Positions 48,758-59,736 of a DNA stretch of 64,000 nt are shown piece by piece. Origin of the DNA: a virus. Taxonomy: Duplodnaviria > Caudoviricetes. The notes under the pieces were generated by a model. That model saw only the letters and a list, made by a program, of their open reading frames with translations, searched no databases and was not told the origin of the DNA. The DNA lies in IMG/VR virus record IMGVR_UViG_3300029288_000170, positions 4,003 through 68,002 of that record, one strand, 5' to 3'. Position 1 is the first letter of the stretch; every line of letters starts with the position of its first letter. The translations under genes and the position numbers were made by a program.

Positions 48758-50058
48758 AACATTCCCCTATATATACCTAGATCATTTATAGCTCTAGAAC
48801 AAGCTACATATAATAGTTTTTGTTTCAATATCGGATTACCACACTTAGCTATGTCATTAAAGATTACTTTAACTTTAGGTATTGATGCACCTTGTAATCT
48901 GTGTGCCGTTGCAGCGTAGTAATGCTTAATGTTAGCGAAACAACTTAGTATAAAGTGTTTCTCCTTATATGCTTTGTCTTTATCTTTTTTAGTATGCTTG
49001 CCCCATGCTAAATGCTCATAATACGTTGATATTTTTAAATAATCGTTTGAATCAATACATTCGTAAAACTGGCTCATGCCTTCATCTGTTTTAACTTCTA
49101 TCTTATAACAAGGAATATGTAAGGAATTATTAAGCTTAATAACAACCTCTTTACAAGAATAAACTTCTGCTTTTGTATTAGCATAATGCTTCGCATGTTC
49201 CTTATTCATTGCTCTTTTTAAAGCTAGATCAGAGTATCGTTCGAGTTCATTAATTTCCGTTAATGGTTGAATAAGAATAACCTTATCACCTGAAAGATAT
49301 TTACTTTTAGCACTTGAACCAAACAATTTGTCTCTAACTATGTTATTATACCTGTCTACCCCACCATTAGTATAAAGAACTATCTTAGTTTCACCATGTA
49401 GTAATTCATCTTTACCTTGCGGTGAGTCTAAGTATTGTAACATATTTGCACGATCTATGTCAAAATCATTCGGAATTCGTCTATCTTTTGAATAAATAGT
49501 TTCCTCAATTAAGTTATTAAACTCCCATAACTTACCTACATTCCTCATAGGTATAGTTAGTTTAGTTGTGGGATACCCTTTCTCAAATACTGGCGACACG
49601 CACTTATCAAATACACTAAGGTTTGTTTTAACTGGCGGTAACTGGCTCCCGTGACCTAAGTAAAGTATTTTAATTCCGATAGATATAAGTAATTCTATTG
49701 CCCAATTATCTACCATTGAAACTTCATCTACTACTGCTAGGTTAAAGTCATCCCATAAACTAGGTATAGCTATATGTTCAAACTTTATGTCCTTCTCAGT
49801 AGTTGTAGGTGCAAGGCCGAGGGCGGAGTGAATTGTTCTAAACTCATAATCACCTTCTGTTTTGTCCTTTAGTTGCTTCAATGCCTCATTAGTTGGGCTT
49901 AGTAGTAAAGGTATTGATTTTATGTTCTTCAATACCTCATTTACTAAGTATGACTTACCAGTCCCACCAGCCCCATCAAGTAGAAAGTACATCTCGTTTC
50001 CACGATACCAGTTACATATTCTACGTAATGCTTGTTGTTGGTCTGTGTTTAGCGCCAT
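48754..50058 (-). CDS. Dda/RecD-like SF1 helicase
   Basis: LDGAGGTGKS, LSPTNEA, TIHSAL, VDEVSM, GHGSQLPPV, TAHRLQGAS, LYVACSRA. Confidence 0.9.
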   Translation of the reverse strand: MALNTDQQQALRRICNWYRGNEMYFLLDGAGGTGKSYLVNEVLKNIKSIPLLLSPTNEALKQLKDKTEGDYEFRTIHSALGLAPTTTEKDIKFEHIAIPSLWDDFNLAVVDEVSMVDNWAIELLISIGIKILYLGHGSQLPPVKTNLSVFDKCVSPVFEKGYPTTKLTIPMRNVGKLWEFNNLIEETIYSKDRRIPNDFDIDRANMLQYLDSPQGKDELLHGETKIVLYTNGGVDRYNNIVRDKLFGSSAKSKYLSGDKVILIQPLTEINELERYSDLALKRAMNKEHAKHYANTKAEVYSCKEVVIKLNNSLHIPCYKIEVKTDEGMSQFYECIDSNDYLKISTYYEHLAWGKHTKKDKDKAYKEKHFILSCFANIKHYYAATAHRLQGASIPKVKVIFNDIAKCGNPILKQKLLYVACSRAINDLGIYRGML

Positions 50059-50283
50059 GTTAGATTATAAGAACTCTTTTAAGTGTAAGTAGCTTAGCCC
50101 ATATATCAGCATAGTGTTCCCTAACCCTTAGACCTTGATAATCTTCTCTAGTATTCCCTATCTCATACACTATAGCACCTGTACCTTCATCTGTATCTGA
50201 AATTAGTATCTTATCTATAGGGAAAAGAATTTCTCTATCTGTAGCTCCAACTGTTAGTTGTATGTGGGTTATGTTAGGCATTG

Positions 50284-50664
50284 TTACTCCAATGATTGTA
50301 GTTCTTTCTGCAAATCTTCAATACTCATGCTCTGCAAAGTTTCGTCTTGTTTCGCAGCTAAGATACGTTTAATAGTTTCTTTCTTTGCTGCTGCCTGTTC
50401 TTTGACTTTCTTAGCTTCTCTTGCCTCTACCTTAACCTCAATAATGTGCTTTACAATACCAAACCGCAACTCATTAAGGCTCGTTGCAGCTTCTCTTATA
50501 TTACTGGTGATAAAAGAAACTTCTTCGGCTTCGCGTAGTTCTTTATGTAATCCTCTGGCAATTTTATCTAAAGATTCTAATGATAAATCCCATAAATCTT
50601 CTGTAGAAATTGTACCATTAGCTACTTTATAACGTAATTTTAATTTAGATGCTTGTTCAAACAT
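50284..50664 (-). CDS. Conserved phage hypothetical protein (126 aa)
   Basis: MFEQASKLKLRY...STEDLWDL motif; C-terminal coiled coil; coupled to upstream 662-aa gene. Confidence 0.6.
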   Translation of the reverse strand: MFEQASKLKLRYKVANGTISTEDLWDLSLESLDKIARGLHKELREAEEVSFITSNIREAATSLNELRFGIVKHIIEVKVEAREAKKVKEQAAAKKETIKRILAAKQDETLQSMSIEDLQKELQSLE

Positions 50665-50675
50665 TGTTATTCTCC

Positions 50676-52664
50676 TTAAAATTTAACTTTAATTACTCTA
50701 GTTGTTCTACCAGTTACTCTTACAAACACTTCATTACGCTGTGTAGTAGAGAAACCTAGCCCTGATAGCTGTCTATCACAATCTGCAACTACCATTTTAT
50801 TGCCTAGTAGTTCAAATACACGTTTATGATGTTGCAAAAGTTCTTGTTTCAAAAACTCATTAAAGATACCTCTAGGTCTGCTTGTGTTTCTTGCCTTATC
50901 TAATATAAAAAATGTATGTTTATTACCAATTTCTTGCCCATTCCAGAAGTTAGGAGAATTAAGAACCATAGATACTTTATGGAACTTGTTTGTATCAATG
51001 CCCCATACTTCTTTAGATTGTACGTTTGTACTTTCACTGATATTGTTTTTAAGTTCAACAATACCATCTTTCTTAGTGTAGTAGATTGAAGCAACTAAAA
51101 TACGTTGATCGTTTCCTACTGCTGTTGATTGACCTAATTGTACTACACTCCCTCTACACTCAATTTCAACATTAAAACCAAGATCAATGTTTTCACGTTT
51201 ACTATAGTTATGTACATACACTTTATACAAACCATCGTGCATAAGGTTTTTGTTTCTAAAGATAATGTTTTCTACTGCTTCCCTACTTTGCCCACCACCA
51301 GCGTTCATATCTACATCTAAGAAACCGCTGCTATTAGACACTTTTGCTCTAAACCAAATCTTATTACCATTAGGTTCTTCTACACTTAAATCTAAATCAT
51401 CATAGTTAAACCATTCAAGTGAAACTCTTAATTCCCCTTCTACTGTACCACCTGCTGCTTTAACCCTTTCTTTAACACTATCTGTTAAACCATCAGCATA
51501 AGACCAAGAGATACCATTATCCCATTTAAATAAAGTAGGTGCTTCACGATACTCTGGTGCAAACAAACTCATAAAGTTACTTGTATGTTTGTTCTCCAGC
51601 AAAACTTCTAAACTGGTTGCAGTAGGTACAACTTCTTCAATAAACTTATCTACTGGCACTTCTTCCATTCTAGAGAATGTTCTAGGGTTTACCGCAACAT
51701 CATCTTTCAGGCCAGAAAATAAGTCATTTTTAACCGGAGTTCGATCTACAAAGATTAAATTATCTACTGTAATATCTTCTGGTACGGCATATCTACGGTA
51801 GATTGATTGATCTAAACCAAACTCCTTTAAATCTTGTTCTGCCCGTTCTAACTGTGCTTTAGTTACAATAGCTGTTGGGCGTTTATAGTTAGCTGGTGCT
51901 ACCATGTTTTCAAAAGCCTTAACTGCTTGTTCTAAATCACGACCTTCTGACAAATCAACAAGTAAAGTTCCGATAGATGAGTTTCTAATTCTAGCTTCTG
52001 ATGCTCCACAGTTTAACCAAGCAAACAGTTCTTTTTGTTGTTCAGTTAATCTACTGTAATCACGTTTAGCTTCCTGAAATCTAGTTAAGGTTGGTTTGAA
52101 CTCTTGACCACGATAAATAGAATCTTGTGAAATTAACTCAAGTACTGTTTCTACTGCTTCAATAGTAATCTCATCTAACGCACGTTTGAATACTTGTTTA
52201 GATGTTCTGTGATTACCTTGTGCTGACTCTACAGAAGCTACACTAGTATGTCTTTTTTCTGCTGGAAGGCGCATACTAAAGTGTTCCCATCTTTTAGTGT
52301 AATCTGCTTTAACTTGTATGTTAAAATCAGTACCTAAGTTTATTTCACTAGAAAGAAAAACATCTCTAATTGTAGCTTCACGAACTAACTTAGCTAATGT
52401 TTTAGGAACATCTTGATACATACCTTCGAGTTCAAAATCCCAAACAGTTTGTACGTCATTGTTCACAATAGCTACTATACCACCATATTGACGTAAGAAG
52501 CTTTTGCAGCAGTTACAGTTATGTTCTTGTCTGATGTCTGGATCAGAGAAGCAAGACAAGTAAGCGTCTACTAAAGCATCTCGGTTTAACTCCACTATAA
52601 ACAACGGATGTTTTGCTAATTCAGCAAATTGTTTTTCTACTTTTACTTTAATTTCTTTAAACAT
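50676..52664 (-). CDS. Conserved 662-aa phage protein with HNCNCC motif and YfaP/DUF2135-like domain
   Basis: EHNCNCCKSF; LRVSLEWFNYDDLDLSVEEPNG; LDVDMN...EAVENI. Confidence 0.6.
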   Translation of the reverse strand: MFKEIKVKVEKQFAELAKHPLFIVELNRDALVDAYLSCFSDPDIRQEHNCNCCKSFLRQYGGIVAIVNNDVQTVWDFELEGMYQDVPKTLAKLVREATIRDVFLSSEINLGTDFNIQVKADYTKRWEHFSMRLPAEKRHTSVASVESAQGNHRTSKQVFKRALDEITIEAVETVLELISQDSIYRGQEFKPTLTRFQEAKRDYSRLTEQQKELFAWLNCGASEARIRNSSIGTLLVDLSEGRDLEQAVKAFENMVAPANYKRPTAIVTKAQLERAEQDLKEFGLDQSIYRRYAVPEDITVDNLIFVDRTPVKNDLFSGLKDDVAVNPRTFSRMEEVPVDKFIEEVVPTATSLEVLLENKHTSNFMSLFAPEYREAPTLFKWDNGISWSYADGLTDSVKERVKAAGGTVEGELRVSLEWFNYDDLDLSVEEPNGNKIWFRAKVSNSSGFLDVDMNAGGGQSREAVENIIFRNKNLMHDGLYKVYVHNYSKRENIDLGFNVEIECRGSVVQLGQSTAVGNDQRILVASIYYTKKDGIVELKNNISESTNVQSKEVWGIDTNKFHKVSMVLNSPNFWNGQEIGNKHTFFILDKARNTSRPRGIFNEFLKQELLQHHKRVFELLGNKMVVADCDRQLSGLGFSTTQRNEVFVRVTGRTTRVIKVKF

Positions 52665-52665
52665 T

Positions 52666-53894
52666 TTAGCAACCTTTTTCTTCTAAAAGTTTATAAATTG
52701 TATCAACTGATTCTGTTACAAACAGAACATCCATTCCAGCTACATTTTGTACGGCTATACCTGTTGACTTTTCAATATTGTTATGCTCCACAAACCGTAT
52801 CTCCTCTATGTGTAATATAACTGACATAGGTGCATTTGTTGCCTTATTGATTGAATGTAATTTAATAAATTTGTTCATTTGTTTAACCTTTATAAATTAG
52901 TTTATTCGCTTCTTCTTGTGTAAGGGGTTTTGCATAAATCCATTGTGATCCTGATTTACTTACAAAAGGGTAGCTTGTGATTTCTAGATAGGCTACTATT
53001 ACTGCTGTTGATGTAAGTACAGAATCTTTACGATCATCTACCCAACATAAGACACCTTCTTCTGGTATTTGTTCATACCATTCTTTTGGTGGTATGTATT
53101 CTGTTGAAGGTACTAGATATTGCGGAAATAAGTTAGAGTTTGTCCAAGCATTACCTAAAGTTGCTGATTTATTTAGTACTTTGTTGTCTTTTAACTTGTA
53201 AATAGCGTTTCCATTACTACTTAAAAGAACCTTACCAGCTAATAAAGCCTCCATAACTTCTTTTATGTTTGTGTAAGTTTGTGGTACTTCTTCTGTTTTG
53301 ATAATTACTTCTGTTACATCCCAATGTAGGTAATTGTATTCATCAGCCGGTAAAACATACCTAGTAATACAATAATCATTTAAAAAGTATCCTATAGTTA
53401 AATTACCATCACCAACACCATGTAACTCCCTTTCCCCGCCTTTAATACTCCAAGTAATGTTGTTTTTAAATAAAAGTTCTTGTACTAATTGACTTTCATG
53501 TACGCCTACTCTACATTTAAAAGGTTTTTTCAACTTAACTAAATTCTCAATAGTTGTAACTGTTTCTTCTGTTAACTTTAACATCTTCTTTACCTTATTT
53601 AGAAAATAATAACTCGGCTTGACTAATTAAATCTTTCTTTATTTCTGCTAACTCTGTTACTGGATTCTTCAAAGCTTCAAACATTAAACCATTATCTTTA
53701 AGTTTAAACTTCTTCCAGTATTCATTGTTATCTAATGTATAGAACTTGTACCTTAATGCTCTAGTAACAAGTTCTTTGTGGTGTACTGATAGCTTAGTTG
53801 TTACAATTAGGATTAAATCTAACAACTGCTCATTTGACAAGAATTTACTTCTTTGTGTCCGTAAAGTATATACATTATCCATTTGTAGCTCCAA
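52666..53894 (-). CDS. Hypothetical proteins (52666..52878, 52883..53584, 53595..53894)
   Basis: ORF track; first genes after promoter at 53985-54012. Confidence 0.5.
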
Positions 53895-53984
53895 AGGTTA
53901 TTGTTTTTGTTTTTTGTCTTTACTTTAATTCTTTTTAGTCTGACACCTGTAAGAAAAATCTTACTGCTGTGCCAGTGATTGAGA

Positions 53985-54179
53985 ATTATACGCTGTTTTA
54001 CCTAGCCGTCAAGCGGTTATTAAGAAAAAATTAAGATATTTTTAATTAAATTTAAAGGAAATTTTAGGTATATAATAAGTATAAATTTTGAACCCTACGC
54101 AAAAATACTTATAAGGTTAGCCCAGGCTCAACAATTTAATAAAAAGTGCTTGACAGGGCTTTGCCGCCTTTAATATAAT
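53985..54179. promoter_or_regulatory. Divergent sigma70 promoter pair
   Basis: Minus TTGACG-N16-TATAAT (54012-53985); plus TTGACA-N18-TATAAT (54150-54179). Confidence 0.8.
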
Positions 54180-54239
54180 AATTTCACGGCAGGTTTTATT
54201 AGCTATTTAAAACTTACGTTAATTTAAAAGGATAAATTT

Positions 54240-55741
54240 ATGATAAAAACAAAAATAGGTAAAAACTTAACTGATGTAGAACAAGCTAATGCTAATGATA
54301 ACTTTAAACTACGAAACTACTTAAAGAACTTAGCAGTTAAAGATAGTGATATAAACAATACAATTAAAGAAATAAAAGATAAGTACAAGTATTGTGAACG
54401 ACAAGAAGTTATAGATAAGATAGTTTATCTGGAAGTCAAACAAAGCCAGTTACGTTCAAATATTAAACAGATAACTGGCGCACCGATAGAAGAAAGAAGG
54501 AAAGCCCAAAGTACTTTCTACTGGTCACAGTTAGAGTTAAATAAAGTACAAATTGAAACTATTGTTCTAAAGTATTTAATTAAAGAGATTAAAAGACAAG
54601 AACACATAGAGCAGATGAAAACAGAGCAGATAGGTCGAGGGGCGCTGGATGTTATTGTTAGACAGTACTTACCGAAAGACAAAGCAGATAGTTTAACAGA
54701 AGAACTTTATAATAATTTCTACATAAGATCAGTTATTTAAGGAGAAAAACTATGAAACGTACAGATGAAATAACGTATGACTTAGATGATGAAGAAATGG
54801 TTAAAATCGGCCAATGGATAGGAATTAAAGTAGAACAAGTTGCAGTTCTAACTACTTATAGATACCATCCAGAAGGACAAGAAGTAGAGTTGTTTGAGTA
54901 CAAGCCATACGCAATACATACTTTTCATGGTAAGAACTGGTTAGCAATAGATTCAGTTATGCGAGATAGTTTAGCAAGACTTCTTGATGAAACAAAGTTG
55001 ATTGAGTTTATTGTAAATAAGATTGACTATGATAAAGTTCAAGATGAGTTGAATGGTTATAATGGTTTGGAGTTTGGGTTATGAAAAGAAGCAAGTACAT
55101 AAAGAAACTATCTTACGCTTTAATGTACGGAATGTTAACAGACTCACCTTTAGCTAATACCTTTAAACACAACTTAGGTTTAAGAAGATTTAAAGTAGTT
55201 TACAAGGATTACAAAAAGAACGTAACATTACAACAATTATTAAGAGGATAAACAAATGAGTACAATTATTTTAGGGTTATATTTACTTTTCGGAACTGTT
55301 ACATTCATTAGATCAACAAGAAAAATGGATATAAAAACAATTAACACTGGTAGATATGTTAAATGGTTTTTATTAACTATGGTTTTCTGGCCTATTCTAG
55401 CTGTAGTAGATACTTTAATAAGGGTAGGTGTCGTTAAAGTAGTTACTAAAAAGAAGGAAGATTAAATGTGTTGGGTAACTAAACTAGAACAAAACTGGCT
55501 TAGTACAAGCCACAAAGATAAACATAAAAGAAGCAAGTACTGTATGGAATGGTTAACTCACCATAATGTAATGTACTTTACTAGTAACAACGGAATACAT
55601 ATTTACTTTGACTGGTACTATAAAGGTGAAACAGTAACAGTCAATATCTGGCCTACTACCTGTAAAATGCGTATTGATAACCGAAGTATTAACGGTACTT
55701 CTTTAATCATACAAGAACTATTAACTTTAATTGAAGGATAA
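54240..55741 (+). CDS. Hypothetical proteins (54240..54740, 54752..55084, 55081..55251, 55256..55465, 55466..55741)
   Basis: ORF track plus a 56-aa ORF read by hand; tightly coupled start/stop codons. Confidence 0.55.
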
Positions 55742-57236
55742 AATCATGTTTAAACCCACTAAAGAACAAGCTACTATTGTTGAGACTGCTGAAACTGGTT
55801 GTAATATTGCGGTCAGTGCTAAAGCAGGTGCAGCTAAAACCAGTACCTGTGTTCTAATAGCAGAAGCACTAGTGCAACCTAGTCTTTATGTTGCTTTCAA
55901 CAAGTCCATAGCCGAAGAAGCTTCTGAAAAGTTCCCTGAGCATGTAGAATGTAGAACTATGCACTCGATAGCATATAGGGCAATAGTAACTCCTGGTTTT
56001 AGAAAGAAATTAAACAACTTCTTAGACTTTGGTGATATAGAAAAGTTAAAAAGCTGGCCTATTGAAGGTGATATTGATTTAAAACTTATGGTTGCAGATG
56101 TTATTACTAAGTTCTGTCAATCAGCTTCTTACAGTCTTATTTCATTTATTACCGAAAATGCTACAGATGAAATGGATTTAGGTTTAGTTATTCCGTTATG
56201 TTCGGAGTACTGGGATAAGTTAGTTAATGACAAAAATGATGTAAAAATAACTCATGATGTTTATTTGAAACTATTCCAGTTGTCTAAACCTGATTTAACT
56301 ACACATATAAGGGAGAAATTTGCTACTAAAGTTATACCTTATCAAACCATCTACTTAGATGAGGCACAGGACTCGAATCCAGTTACTTTAGATATTATCT
56401 TAAATCAGAAGTCACAAATTATACTTGTCGGTGATGAGTACCAAAGTATTTATGAATGGCGTGGTGCTGTTAATGCTATGCAAAACTTACCGGATGATTT
56501 TGTACACTTGTATCTAACCGAAAGCTTTAGATTTACACAAGATATTGCCGACCTAGCTACTAGATTAACTAAAATCTTAGGCAATACTAAGCAGATTATA
56601 GGTAGAGGGGTTAAGCCGGCAAACTTTAATGAAGATAGTCCTGAATTTACTAAAGCTATTATTGTTAGAAACAACTCTACACTTTTAGATTACCTTCTTG
56701 AGGCTTATGATAAAGGTGAAAAGGTTTATGTAGTTGCTGATTTAAATGATTTATGGAGCAAGTTGTACCATATCAGTGCTTTAATGTTTAACTCTGAACC
56801 CAAGTATCCTAATAAAGAATTAGCTATGTTTAATACTTTTAAAGAATTAACAGAAGCGGCACAAGCTGTACCGGAACTTAGTAAACTGCTTAACCTATCT
56901 AAGAACCTTTCTCAAGGTGCAGGTTTACATACGAATATAAGTAATATTAAGAAGGCTATTGTGTCAAGTGCTAGTGAAGCTAATTATACTTTAACTACAT
57001 GCCATAAAAGTAAGGGTTTGGAGTATGATGTTGTTACTTTGGATGATGATTTACTACCTACGGATGAAGAAGGAACTCCTTTAGGTGGTGCTAACCTAGT
57101 TGCTGAGTTAGTTAAAGACCAAGTAGGTAATTTATTGTATGTTGCTATAACAAGGGCTAAATATAAAGTCTATTATCCTGCTCAATTACAAATGTTATTT
57201 GCTTGGTTAGATCAGGATAACAAAGCTTCTATATAA
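55731..57236 (+). CDS. UvrD/Rep-like SF1 helicase
   Basis: AKAGAAKTS, YVAFNKSIA, TMHSIAY, YLDEAQD, VGDEYQSIYEWRGA, LTESFRF, TCHKSKGLEY, LYVAITRA. Confidence 0.9.
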   Translation: MKDKIMFKPTKEQATIVETAETGCNIAVSAKAGAAKTSTCVLIAEALVQPSLYVAFNKSIAEEASEKFPEHVECRTMHSIAYRAIVTPGFRKKLNNFLDFGDIEKLKSWPIEGDIDLKLMVADVITKFCQSASYSLISFITENATDEMDLGLVIPLCSEYWDKLVNDKNDVKITHDVYLKLFQLSKPDLTTHIREKFATKVIPYQTIYLDEAQDSNPVTLDIILNQKSQIILVGDEYQSIYEWRGAVNAMQNLPDDFVHLYLTESFRFTQDIADLATRLTKILGNTKQIIGRGVKPANFNEDSPEFTKAIIVRNNSTLLDYLLEAYDKGEKVYVVADLNDLWSKLYHISALMFNSEPKYPNKELAMFNTFKELTEAAQAVPELSKLLNLSKNLSQGAGLHTNISNIKKAIVSSASEANYTLTTCHKSKGLEYDVVTLDDDLLPTDEEGTPLGGANLVAELVKDQVGNLLYVAITRAKYKVYYPAQLQMLFAWLDQDNKASI

Positions 57237-57268
57237 AATATACATAGCAGTTAAATCACAAAAAGTTG

Positions 57269-57464
57269 TAAGTTATTGATTCTAAAGGAAACTTAGGCAA
57301 AAATTCTAAAATTAAAATGCAATTTGTGAAAGTCAAGGAATATTTGTTGTTTTAAAACAGTAACTTAGCTTTCACAAAATTTCCTAAAATCGTACAAATT
57401 TTATACAATTCTGCACTGTTGAGCATGAATTTCAGTTTACAAGGACAAATAAACGTGCTAAAAT
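57269..57464 (+). promoter_or_regulatory. IHF site, 10-bp inverted repeat and promoter upstream of RepL-like gene
   Basis: AATCAATAACTTA (minus, 57269-57281) fits WATCAANNNNTTR; TTTGTGAAAG (57323) / CTTTCACAAA (57369); TTTACA-N17-TAAAAT (57436-57464). Confidence 0.55.
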
Positions 57465-57496
57465 GCAATTATAGACTAACAAATTCGGGAGATAAA

Positions 57497-58006
57497 ATGT
57501 TTGTAAAGCATCATAAACCAAGATTGTATAAAACAAAAACAGAAACATCTGAAACAGATCATTATAAAAGAGTATCAAGAACACATACAGTTGATACCTT
57601 AAAAGATGATACATTAGTTGTACCTATAGCAGCAATGATAAATCCTGTAGGATTGTTTGAACTATGCAAACTATCGAGTTCAGCAGTTAGAGTTGGTATT
57701 ATTCTAACAACATATTTAAATGGAAAAGAACAACAAAGTGTAGTTAGTGTGAGTCATAGTGCTTTAGCTAAATTTTGTAACATATCCGTAAGGTCAGTTG
57801 TTTCGGCTATAGAGGAACTTACAGAAAGTGGCTTAGTAACTATAACAGGTAAACAAAAGTATAGGCTGTCTCCCTTAATTGCTTGGTTTGGTTCTCAAGT
57901 AGATTGGGCAGTTGCATTATCTCCAATATATACAGAAAGACAGAAAAGAGGACAAGAAAGTTTTGAAGTAGAACATGCAGCAGAACTTATAAAGTATTCC
58001 AGATAA
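57497..58006 (+). CDS. RepL-like winged-helix protein
   Basis: SHSALAKFCNISVRSVVSAIEELTESGLV HTH followed by YRLSPLIAWFG; GGAG RBS before ATG 57497. Confidence 0.6.
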   Translation: MFVKHHKPRLYKTKTETSETDHYKRVSRTHTVDTLKDDTLVVPIAAMINPVGLFELCKLSSSAVRVGIILTTYLNGKEQQSVVSVSHSALAKFCNISVRSVVSAIEELTESGLVTITGKQKYRLSPLIAWFGSQVDWAVALSPIYTERQKRGQESFEVEHAAELIKYSR

Positions 58007-58100
58007 CCAATGAACAAAGAACAAATTTACATAACATTTACCCTAATCGCTGGGACATTTGTTCTAGCTACTATCTTAACAACAATAATAAAGGTGATTT

Positions 58101-58514
58101 ATGAAAACTAAACTATTACTTTCAGCTATTGCTTTAAACCTAACTGGTTGCGCCGCTTACCAAGCAGTTAAACAACCTGGGCCAGCAGACCTAACAGGAA
58201 TAGGTATTGGTACTTCTAGACAATCAATAGTAACTAGACTTGGCCCTCCTAAAATGATAGATACTCTACATGATGGGACAAAACAGGATATGTTCGAGTT
58301 TCAATCAGGTATGCACCAAGCCAGTAAAGCAAGGGCAATACTTTATATTGCTGGTGATGTATTTACTTTAGGTTTGAGTGAATTGATCTTTTGGCCTTTA
58401 GAATTAACTGTTATGGATAGTGCTACTTGTACAGCATTAGCTACTTATGATAGCCAATATAATGTACAATCTTGGTCTGTAACTGACAAGAATAACTCAG
58501 CTCAGGGGTGTTAA
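58101..58514 (+). CDS. Lipoprotein (137 aa)
   Basis: MKTKLLLSAIALNLTGC lipobox; GIGTSRQSIVTRLGPP resembles SmpA/BamE-like motif. Confidence 0.7.
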   Translation: MKTKLLLSAIALNLTGCAAYQAVKQPGPADLTGIGIGTSRQSIVTRLGPPKMIDTLHDGTKQDMFEFQSGMHQASKARAILYIAGDVFTLGLSELIFWPLELTVMDSATCTALATYDSQYNVQSWSVTDKNNSAQGC

Positions 58515-59331
58515 GATGGGATTAGATATTAAGTTTAACTTAGAACTTGCTAAACAAGCTGGCTTAACCGTAAGTACAGAAGTTATTGGCACAGATGAGG
58601 AAATACTAGCAGCAGATATAATGTTCACTGGTGAACCCACTAACGCTAATAAGGAACATCTTGAATGGTTAAAAAGTATAGAAACTTATGGAAGATTGCC
58701 AAACTATCCAAGTGCTTTTGATGTAGATGATTCTGTTAAAGGATATGCAATCGTCAGAGCTAACAAATGGGGTAATCTCTACGCACCATTAACCGAGTTC
58801 CTAAAAAACAACAACATTACCTGGGAAGAGTACTAATGAGAGTTAGAAAATTATTAAGTTACTCTCTTAATGAATTTGCAGTAGCTAATTTAAAAGAACA
58901 ACCTACAATCTTTAAGAACAGAAAAACTTCTTTTAGAAGTGCTAAAAGTTTTTTAAAAAATTTGGCTAGAGAATATAAGAGGTTTGGTGAATGATTGAAC
59001 AACAAACAAAACTGTATCGGTATGAAGATTTCTACTATGATACAGTTATAAGAGTAGAACTTATTGAATGTGACATTATAAGTTTTACCCCTTGTGGGGC
59101 TTGGATATGGTATTGTGGTGTAAAGAAATTTGTTAACTTTAGTTGGAGAAAAGCACCGGCTTATAGAACTAAAGAAAAAGCATTACAGTCGTTTATTTAT
59201 AGAAAACAAAGGTATTTGTCTATCCTTGAAGCTAAAGTTATCCAAGCAAAAATAGCTTTACAAATAGCTGAAAGTGGTAATTTACATGAACCAGTTAAAT
59301 ATACTAATAATATAGATAAGGTACTATTTAA

Positions 59332-59736
59332 ATGAATACATTAACTTGCCTAACCTTAATAATTTTCATGGAAGGTTCCAACCAATCCATTTTCACACAA
59401 GACCTTTTAGCATCTTTTGCACTTGCAACTGCCAGTCGTCTTAATAGAACAGTATGTGAAACTATAACTGACAAACATACCTATTCTTGGTCGTGGAATG
59501 GTGACTTGCGAAAGAGAAAAGTCCAGTTGTTTAAGAAGAAAAACTTGATTAAAGTATCCAAGCTACCTGGAGAACAAGAAGCACTTACTCAAGCCCGACT
59601 TGTAGCCGAACATGCAATTAAACGTGAGAAGATAATGAACCGGACTTTCTTTAATAATTGTACAGTAGGTAAGAAAGGTAGGAGGTTTGTTACTGATAAG
59701 CCGATAGTTAGAAGTGATAAATTGTGTTTTTACTAA
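59332..59736 (+). CDS. SleB-like cell wall hydrolase, divergent
   Basis: CLTLIIFMEG...NRTVC...TYSW aligns loosely with CLAxxIYxEARGE...NR...QFSW. Confidence 0.5.
   Translation: MNTLTCLTLIIFMEGSNQSIFTQDLLASFALATASRLNRTVCETITDKHTYSWSWNGDLRKRKVQLFKKKNLIKVSKLPGEQEALTQARLVAEHAIKREKIMNRTFFNNCTVGKKGRRFVTDKPIVRSDKLCFY

Noticed and set aside
53960-53975. Second sigma54-like TGGCAC near the divergent promoters
   Set aside because: Followed by AGCAG-TAAG, lacking the TTGC -12 element.
55731-57236. Walker A variant AKAGAAKT as evidence of an inactive helicase
   Set aside because: Catalytic Lys-Thr and all other SF1 motifs are intact; a single Gly-to-Ala change is not enough to claim loss of function.
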